Assembly (NCBI GenBank): GCA_965220725.1
Contig: OZ244840.1
Span: forward strand, 1,408,548-1,472,547
DNA: 64,000 nucleotides
Source of the DNA: Arenicellales bacterium
Lineage (GTDB): Bacteria > Pseudomonadota > Gammaproteobacteria > Arenicellales > JAJDZL01
Direction: 5' to 3'
Shown: one piece after another, positions 20,301 through 29,300 of the stretch
Position numbering within the stretch: position 1 is the stretch's first letter
Layout of the letters: every line of letters starts with the position of its first letter
Translations under genes and position numbers: made by a program
Notes under the pieces: generated by a model
What the model was told of the DNA's origin: nothing
The model's database searches: none
The model's input: the letters and a program-made list of their open reading frames with translations, nothing else

Positions 20301-23300
20301 GCTCCTGCTGCCGGCGGCGACCGGTGGTGATGGCACGCTGAGCTATTCGATAAGCCCGGCCCTGCCCGCAGGACTGTCGTTTGATGATGTGAGCCGCAAG
20401 TTGACGGGCACACCGACAACAGATCAGGCGGGGACTGAGTACACCTACACTGCGAGCGATGACGAGGAGGACACCGCAACACTGACGTTCAAGATTTCGG
20501 TGGTGCCGGTACCGGACAAGCCGTCTGGTTTGAGTGCGGTTGGAAACAATGGACAAGTGAGCCTGCGCTGGGTCAATCCGCGCAACAGTCTGATCACGAA
20601 ATACCAGTACCGTCAACGAGCCGGCAGCGGGAATTTTGGTGCCTGGGAGGACATGTCGGACAGTGATGCGAATACCACCAGCCATACGGTGACCGGACTG
20701 ACCAACGGCACCGGCTACGGTTTCAGGATCCGGGCGGTGATTTCCCAGGTCAACGGAGTCGAGTCGGATGTGGTCACCGCAACACCCCGGTTGATGCAGC
20801 CGGCAAAGCCGACGCGGTTGCATGCATCCGTGCCGGCGACAGGTTCGGTTGACTTGCACTGGGTTGCGGTTGATGCGAGTGCGACCAGTTGGGAATACCG
20901 CAAACGGTTCGAGGTCAGGCGAGGCAGCGACGGGACACTGGTACGGCAGGACAGCTATGAAAACTGGACTGCGGTGACCAACAGCACTGCGACCACCCGT
21001 ACGGTTCAGGTCACCGGGTTGGAGACCGGCGTCAATCTGGGAAGCGGCGAGGAAGGCTGGTATCGGTTCCAGGTTCGTGGAAGGAATTCATTGGGGATGG
21101 GTCCGGCGTCCGATGAGGTTCAGGCGCGGCCGGTCCTCGAAACGGGTCTTTTCGGACCGGGTTATTCTGAACAACCCCAACGCTTCACGATCATTTCCGG
21201 ACAGCATACCACCTACACCTATCCGTCAATCATTAACCTGCATACAACGGAAGCCAATCCTAGTATGACTATCAGGGTGGAACCCGTAACCATCACACAT
21301 ACGTTCAAACCACAGGTAGACGGATGGATACCTAGTCATAGTGCGGACCTTCATCGTCAGGCGCACACGTTCTCGGGTACACACAACGGTGCCACGACGA
21401 ATCCGCTGGCTGGAACGGCGTCAGTCCGTGCGGGTGGGTCTCAAAGAGGTTCAGTGAATTTTTATTTCAGCTGGCTTGTGCCTCCTGATGCCCCGACTTC
21501 ACTGTCTGCGGCAGCCGCCGGCAGTGGCCGTGCATTGCTGAGCTGGGGTGATTTACCCTCAACAACGCACGAGCCGATACGCAATGCGATCAGTTACTGG
21601 GAATACCGATCCAAGGAATCGACAGCCACAGACTATACGGCGGACTGGAAACGGGTGGCTGGCAGCTCCGGGGCAACCCGCAGTCATCTTGTCACCGGTC
21701 TCGACGACAGCAAGTCCTATGATTTCGCAGTGCGGGCGGTGATCGACGCGGCCCGAATCGACAACCTGATCCGACCGGACGACCCGACCGCGGACATCGT
21801 CTTGGAAGGCTCGGCGGCAACCACCAGCGAGTCGTTCACTCCGGGTGAAGGGGTGGCGGCCGTGTTGGTCAATATCCCGTCGCTTGCGGTGACAGAGGGT
21901 GCTTCGGTGACCTACACGGTGTCGCTGGGCAAGCAGCCGACTGCGGATGTGACGATCACACCTTCAAGCAGTGTTGCGGCTCTTGCGAGTGTGTCTCCGT
22001 CCAGTCTGACCTTCACAGCGTCCAACTGGGCGACATCACAGACGGTGACGGTCACCGGTGTGGTGGACGATGATGGTGTGGGTGGAACAGCGACCGTGAC
22101 GCACAGTTTGAGCAGCACGGATACGGATTATGCGGGATTGGCTGCTTTGGCATTGCCGAGTGTCTCGGTCACGGTGAGCGATGATGACACTCCCGATCTG
22201 ACGCTGTCGGTGACCAGTCTTACCGGTCTGGATGAGGCAGGAACGCAGTCAAGGACTTACACGGTCAAACCGACGACCGCGCCGGCTTCGACGTTGACCG
22301 TGACGCCGCTGACAGGGAGTTCGTCTGTGACGCTGTCACCGGCCAGTCTGAGTTTTGATTCCAGCAACTGGCAGACGGCACAGACAGTCACAGTGACCGG
22401 TGCACAGGACGATGATGCAGTTGCAAATGATGTGCTGATCACGCATGGACTCAGCGGTCCGGCGGAATACAGTTCGTTGGACGGCACTGCGTATCAGGTG
22501 ACAGCGGCGGTAAGCGATGATGACACGGCCGGTATTACAGCACCGTTACCCGCCAGATTCAATCTGCGCGAAGGCAGCAGTTATGGGTATTCGGTTGTAT
22601 TGCAGACCAAACCATCGGCAGCGGTGACGCTGTCGGTCGGCAGCAGCAACACCAATGCGGTGACTGGCGGTTCAGTGACCTTCACACCAGGCAACTGGGC
22701 AACACCGCAGACATTGACAATCACCGCGGTGGATGATGCGACTGCCACATCAGCGGTGCTGACGCGCAGTCTCACCGGTGCGGCCGAGTATGCGGCATTG
22801 ACGCTGTCATCGGTAACGGTGGACGTGATCGACAATGACAGTCCCGGACTGGTGGTGTTCACCAATACCCTGGCGATGATCGAGGCAGGTGATGATGCCA
22901 GCTACACCATTTCACTGACGACCCAGCCGACAGCCGATGTGACACTGACGGTGACCAGTGGCGATTCAACGCTTGCGCAGGTGTCGTCCGACACCGGATC
23001 CACCAAAACATTCTCCGGCAGTGCTGATCTGACGTTCACGAATTCGAACTGGTCGAGCGCACAGACGGTGACGGTACGCAGTCCTGTCGATGGCAACTCA
23101 ACCGATGACAGCGTGACGCTGAGTCATACCGTGGCTTCAACGGATGCGGGTTACAACAATGTTGACCTGAGTGCTTCGGACATCACGGTGAGCATTTCCG
23201 ATGTGCCGGCGCCGGCGGCGCCGACGGGTTTGACGGCGACCGCGGGTGATGCACAGGTGACGCTGGAGTGGACGGATCCGGGCAACAGTACGATTACGCG

Positions 23301-26300
23301 TTATCAGGTTCAGCAAAAATCCGGCACTGATGCCTACGGTGAGTGGGGCGACATTGAAGGCAGCACGGCGGCCACCACCAGCCACATATTGACCGGGCTG
23401 GACAACAATACGACGTATACCTTCCGCATCCGGGCGGTGAACGCCGGTGGTGTCGGTGCAGCGTCAGTTGAGGCGGCGGCGACGCCGATTGCGATACCGG
23501 CGGCACCGACGGGTTTGGTGGCGACCGCGGGTGATGCACAGGTGACGCTGGACTGGACGGATCCGGGCGACAGTTCGATCACAGGCTATCAGGTTCAGCA
23601 AAAGTCGGGCAGCGATGACTACGGTGAATGGAGCGCCATTGCGAACAGCACGGCGACCACCACCAGCCACACGGTGACGGGGCTGGACAACGATACGGCG
23701 TATACCTTCCGAATCCGGGCGGTGAATGCCGCTGGAGGAGGAGAGGCGTCGGCTGCGGTGACGGCGACACCGATTGCGGTACCGGCGGCGCCGACGGAAT
23801 TCAAAGCCAAGGCGGGTGATACACAGGTGACGCTGAGCTGGGCGGATCCCGACAACAGTACGATCACGGGCTATCAGGTTCAGCAAAAGTCAGGTGATGA
23901 CGCCTACGGCGCGTGGAATGACATTGAAGACAGCACGGCGACCACCACTGAGCACACGGTGACGGGTTTGACCAACAACACAGTGTATGGATTCAGGGTT
24001 CGTGCGGTGAATGCCTCCGGCGAGGGTGCCGCGTCACAGGAGGTGTTGGAGACACCGGTGACGATACCAGCGGCGCCGACGGGTTTGACGGCGGTGGCAG
24101 GCGATGCGCAGGTGACGCTGGGTTGGACGGATCCGGGCAACGCCAGCATCAACAACTATCAGTACCAGTCCAAGTCCGGCAGTGATGGCTACGGTGCATG
24201 GACGGACATGATGGACAGCGGCGCCGCGACCGTCAGTTACAAGGTGACGGGACTGGTCAACGACACCGCGTATACCTTCCGCATCCGAGCGGTGAACGAC
24301 ACCGGCGAGAGTCCGGAATCGGCTGAGGTGACGGCGACGCCAATCGCGTTGCCGGCGGCACCGACGGGGCTGACGGCGACAGTGGGTGATGCGCAGGTGA
24401 CGCTGGGCTGGACGGATCCTCAAAACAGCACGATCACGGACTATCAGTATCAGTACAAGTCAGGCAGCGATGATTACGGTGCATGGACTGCGATGATGGG
24501 CAGCACCGCGACCACCACCAGTCACCTGGTGACAGGGTTGGTCAACGACACGGCCTACACGTTCCGGATTCGGGCGGTGAATGCCAGTGGAGAAGGAGCG
24601 GCATCAGCTGAGGTGACGCAGACGCCGATTGCAGTGCCATTGGTGCCGACTGGGTTGACGATCGCGAAGGGCGATGCGCAGTTGACACTGGGCTGGACAG
24701 ATCCTCAGAACAGCACAATCACTGGTTATCAGTATCAGTACAAGTCGGGCAGCGATGATTACAGTGCATGGACTGCGATGATGGGCAGCACCGCGACCAC
24801 CACCAGCCACCTGGTGACAGGGTTGGTCAACGAAACGGCCTACACGTTCCGGATTCGCGCGTTGAATGCGAGTGGAGCGGGAGCGGTTTCGGCTGAGGTG
24901 ACGCAGACACCGATTGCGGTGCCGGCGGCGCCGACGGGATTGACGGCTGCGGTGGGCGATGCGCAGGTGACGCTGGGCTGGACTGATCCTCAAAACAGCA
25001 CGATCACGGGCTATGAGTATCAATACAAATCCGATAGCAGTACCTACGGTGCCTGGACGGCGATGACGCCCAGTACCGCGACCACCATCAGCCACCTGGT
25101 GACAGGGTTGGTCAACGAAACGGCCTACACGTTCCGGATTCGCGCGTTGAATGCGAGTGGAGCGGGAGCGGTTTCGGCTGAGGTGACGCAGACACCGATT
25201 GCGGTGCCGGCGGCGCCGACGGGATTGACGGCTGCGGTGGGCGATGCGCAGTTGACGCTGGGTTGGACCGATCCTCAGAACAGCACGATCACGGGCTATG
25301 AGTATCAATACAAATCCGGCACCGGTACCTACGGTGCCTGGACGGCGATGGCGAACAGCACTGCGACCACCACCAGTCACCCGGTGACGGGGTTGGTCAA
25401 CGAAACGGCCTACACGTTCCGGATTCGCGCGTTGAATGCGAGTGGAGCGGGAGCGGTTTCGGCTGAGGTGACGCAGACACCGATTGCGGTGCCGGCGGCG
25501 CCGACGGGATTGACGGTGGCGGTAGGCAACACGGAGTTGGTGTTGAGCTGGACGGATCCAGGCAACAGCACGATCACGGGTTATCAGTATCAGTACAAGT
25601 CCAGCGGTAATGCCTACGGTGCCTGGATGGCGATGACGCCGAGCACCGCGACCACCACCACTCACACGGTGACGGGGCTGACCAATAATACGGCCTACAC
25701 TCTGCGGATTCGGGCGCTGAATGCGAGTGGAGAGGGTGCAGTGTCGGCCGAAGTAACACAGACGCCGATCGCGGTGCCGGCGGCACCGACGGGTCTGACG
25801 GCAGCGGTTGGCGACACGGAGTTGGTGTTGAGTTGGACGGATCCGGGCAACAGCACGATCACGGGTTATCAGTATCAGTACAAGTCCGGCAACAGTGCTT
25901 ACGGTGCCTGGATGGCGATGACGGACAGTACCGCGACCACCACCAGTCACACGGTGACGGGGTTGGTCAACGGTACGGCCTACACGATCCGGATTCGGGC
26001 GTTGAATGCGAATGGAGAGAGTACGGCGTCGGCTGAGGTGACGCAGACGCCGATTGCGGTGCCGGCGGCGCCGACGGGACTGACGGCTGCGGTAGGAGAC
26101 TCGGAGTTGGTGTTGAGCTGGACGGATCCGGGCAACAGCACGATCACGGGCTATCAGTATCAGTCCAAATCCGGCAGTGGTACCTACGGTGCCTGGCTAC
26201 CCATGACAGGCAGCACTGCGACCACCACGAGTCATACGGTCATGGGGTTGATCAACGGCACAGCCTACACGTTCCGGATTCGCGCATTGAATGTCAGTGG

Positions 26301-29300
26301 AGACGGTGCGGTGTCGGCCGAGGTGACGCAGACGCCGATCGCGGTACCAGCGGCGCCGACGGGACTGACGGCTGCGGTAGGCGATGCGGAGTTGGAGTTG
26401 AGCTGGACGGATCCGGGCAACAGCACGATTACGGGTTATGAATATCAGTACAAGTCCGGTAACGGTGTTTACGGCGCCTGGATGGCGATGACGGACAGCA
26501 CCGCGACCACCACCAGTCACACGGTGTCGGGTTTGGTTAACGGTACGGCCTACACATTGCGGATCCGGGCGTTGAACGTCAGTGGAGCGGGAGCGGTGTC
26601 GGCCGAGGTGACGCAGACGCCGATTGTGGTACCAGCGGCGCCGACGGGTCTGATGGCTGCGGTAGGTGACACGGAGTTGGTGTTGAATTGGACGGATCCA
26701 GGAAATGGCTCGATCACAGGATATCAGTATCAGTACAAGTCTGGCAATGGTGCTTATGGTGCCTGGATGGCGATGACGGACAGCACCGCGACCACCACTA
26801 GTCACACGGTGACAGGTTTGGTTAACGGTACGGCCTACACGATCCGGATTCGGGCGTTGAACGTCAGTGGAGAGGGTGCGGCGTCGGCCGAGGTGACACA
26901 GACACCGATTGCGGTGCCGGCGGTACCGGTGGGATTGACGGCTGCGGTAGGCGATGCGGAGTTGTCGTTGAGCTGGACGGATCCGGGCAACAGCACGATC
27001 ACGGGTTATGAATATCAGTACAAGTCCGGCGGCGGTGCCTACGGCGCTTGGACAGCGATGACGGGTAGTACCGCGATCACCACCAGTCACATGGTGACGG
27101 GGCTGGTCAACAATACGGCCTACACTCTTCGGATTCGGGCGATGAATGTCAGTGGAGCAGGGACGGCGTCGGCCGAGGTGACACAGACACCGATTGCGGT
27201 GCCTGCGGCGCCGACGGGTCTGACGGCGGCGGTAGGCGATGCGCAGTTGTCGTTGAGCTGGACGGATCCGGGCAACAGCACGATCACAGGTTATCAGTAT
27301 CAGTACAAGTCCGGCAACAATGCCTACAGTGCCTGGACGGCGATGACGCCGAGCACCGCGACCACCACCAGTCACACGGTGACGGGTCTGGTCAACGACA
27401 CGGCCTATACGTTGCGGATTCGGGCGTTGAACGTCAGTGGAGCGGGTGCGGCGTCGGCCGAGGTGACGCAGACACCGATTGCAGTACCGGCGGCGCCGGC
27501 GGGTCTGACGGCTGCGGTAGGCGATGCGCAGTTGTCGTTGAGCTGGACGGATCCAGGCAACAGCACGATCTCAGGTTATCAGTATCAGTACAAGTCCGGC
27601 AACGGTGCCTACGGTGCCTGGACGGCGATGATGCCGAGCACCGCGACCACCACCAGTTTTACAGTGACTAGTCTCGTCAACGGCACAGCCTATACGATCC
27701 GGATACGGGCGTTAAATATCAGTGGAGCGGGTGCGGCATCGGCCGAGGTGACACAGACACCGATTGCGGTACCGGCGGCGCCGACGGGTCTGACGGCTGC
27801 GGTGGGCGACGCGGAGTTGTCGTTGAGCTGGACGGATCCGGGCAACAGCACGATCACGGGTTATGAATTTCAGTACAAGTCCGGCAATGGTACCTACGGT
27901 GCTTGGACGGCGATGACGGGCAGCACCGCGACCACCACCAGTCATACGGTGACGGGTTTGGTGAACGACACGGCCTATACGTTGCGGATCCGGGCGTTGA
28001 ACGTCAGTGGAGCGGGTGCGGCGTCGGCCGAGGTGACGCAGACACCGATTGCGGTGCCGGCGGCGCCGACGGGTCTGACGGCTGCAGTAGGTGATGCGAA
28101 GTTGTTGTTGAGCTGGACGGATCCGGGCAACAGCACGATCTCAGGCTATCAGTATCAATACAAGTCCGGCAATGGTGCCTATGGTGCCTGGACGGCGATG
28201 ACGCCGAGCACTGCGACCACCACCAGTCATACGGTGACGGGTCTGGTCAACGACACGGCCTATACGTTGCGGATCCGGGCGTTGAACGTCAGTGGAGCGG
28301 GTGCGGTGTCGGCCGAGGTGACACAGACACCGATCGCGGTGCCGGCGGCGCCGACGGGTCTGATGGCTGCGGTTGGCGATGCGCAGTTGTCGTTGAGCTG
28401 GACGGATTCAGGCAACAGCACGATCTCAGGCTATCAGTATCAGTACAAGTCCGGCAATGGTGCCTATGGTGCCTGGACGGCGATGACGCCGAGCACCGCA
28501 ACCACCACCAGTCATACGGTGACAGGTCTGGTCAACGACACGGCCTATACGTTGCGGATTCGGGCGTTGAACGTCAGTGGAGCGGGTGCGGCGTCGGCCG
28601 AGGTGACGCAGACACCGATCGCGGTGCCGGCGGCGCCGACGGGTCTGACGGCTGCGGTAGGCGATGCGGAGTTGGAGTTGAGTTGGACGAATCCTGGTAA
28701 CAATACGATCACGGGCTATCAGTATCAATACAAGTCCGGCAATGGTGCCTATGGTGCCTGGACGGCGATGACGCCGAGCACCGCGACCACCACCAGTCAC
28801 ACGGTGATGGGTCTGGTCAACGACACAGCCTATACGTTGCGGATTCGGGCGATGAATGTCAGTGGAGCGGGTGCTGCGTCGGCTGAGGTGACGCAGACAC
28901 CGATTGCGGTACCAGCGGCACCGACAGGTCTGACGGCTGCGGTAGGTGATGCAAAGTTGGAGTTGAGCTGGACGGATCCAAGAAACAGCACGATTACGGA
29001 CTATCAGTATCAGTACAAGTCCGGCAACGGCGCCTACGGTGCCTGGATGTCGATGACGGGCAGCAACTCGACCACCACCAGTCACACATTGAGAAGTTTG
29101 GTCAACGACACGGCCTACACGATACGGATCCGGGCGCTGAATATCAGCGGAGCGGGTGCGGTGTCGGCCGAGGTGACGCAGACGCCGATCGCGGTGCCGG
29201 CAGCGCCGACGGGCCTGACGGCTGCGGTAGGCGATGCGGAGTTGTTGTTGAGCTGGACGGATCCAGGCAACAGCACGATTTCAGGCTATCAGTATCAGTA

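Noticed and set aside
24604-27375. Long antisense ORFs inside the FN3 array (24604..25950, 448 aa; 26197..27375, 392 aa; also 23464..23886, 28426..29085 and others)
   Set aside because: They are Arg/His/Cys-rich and periodic at the same 285-nt unit, and they lie opposite a strongly supported sense ORF. This is the typical open antisense frame of GC-rich repetitive coding DNA.
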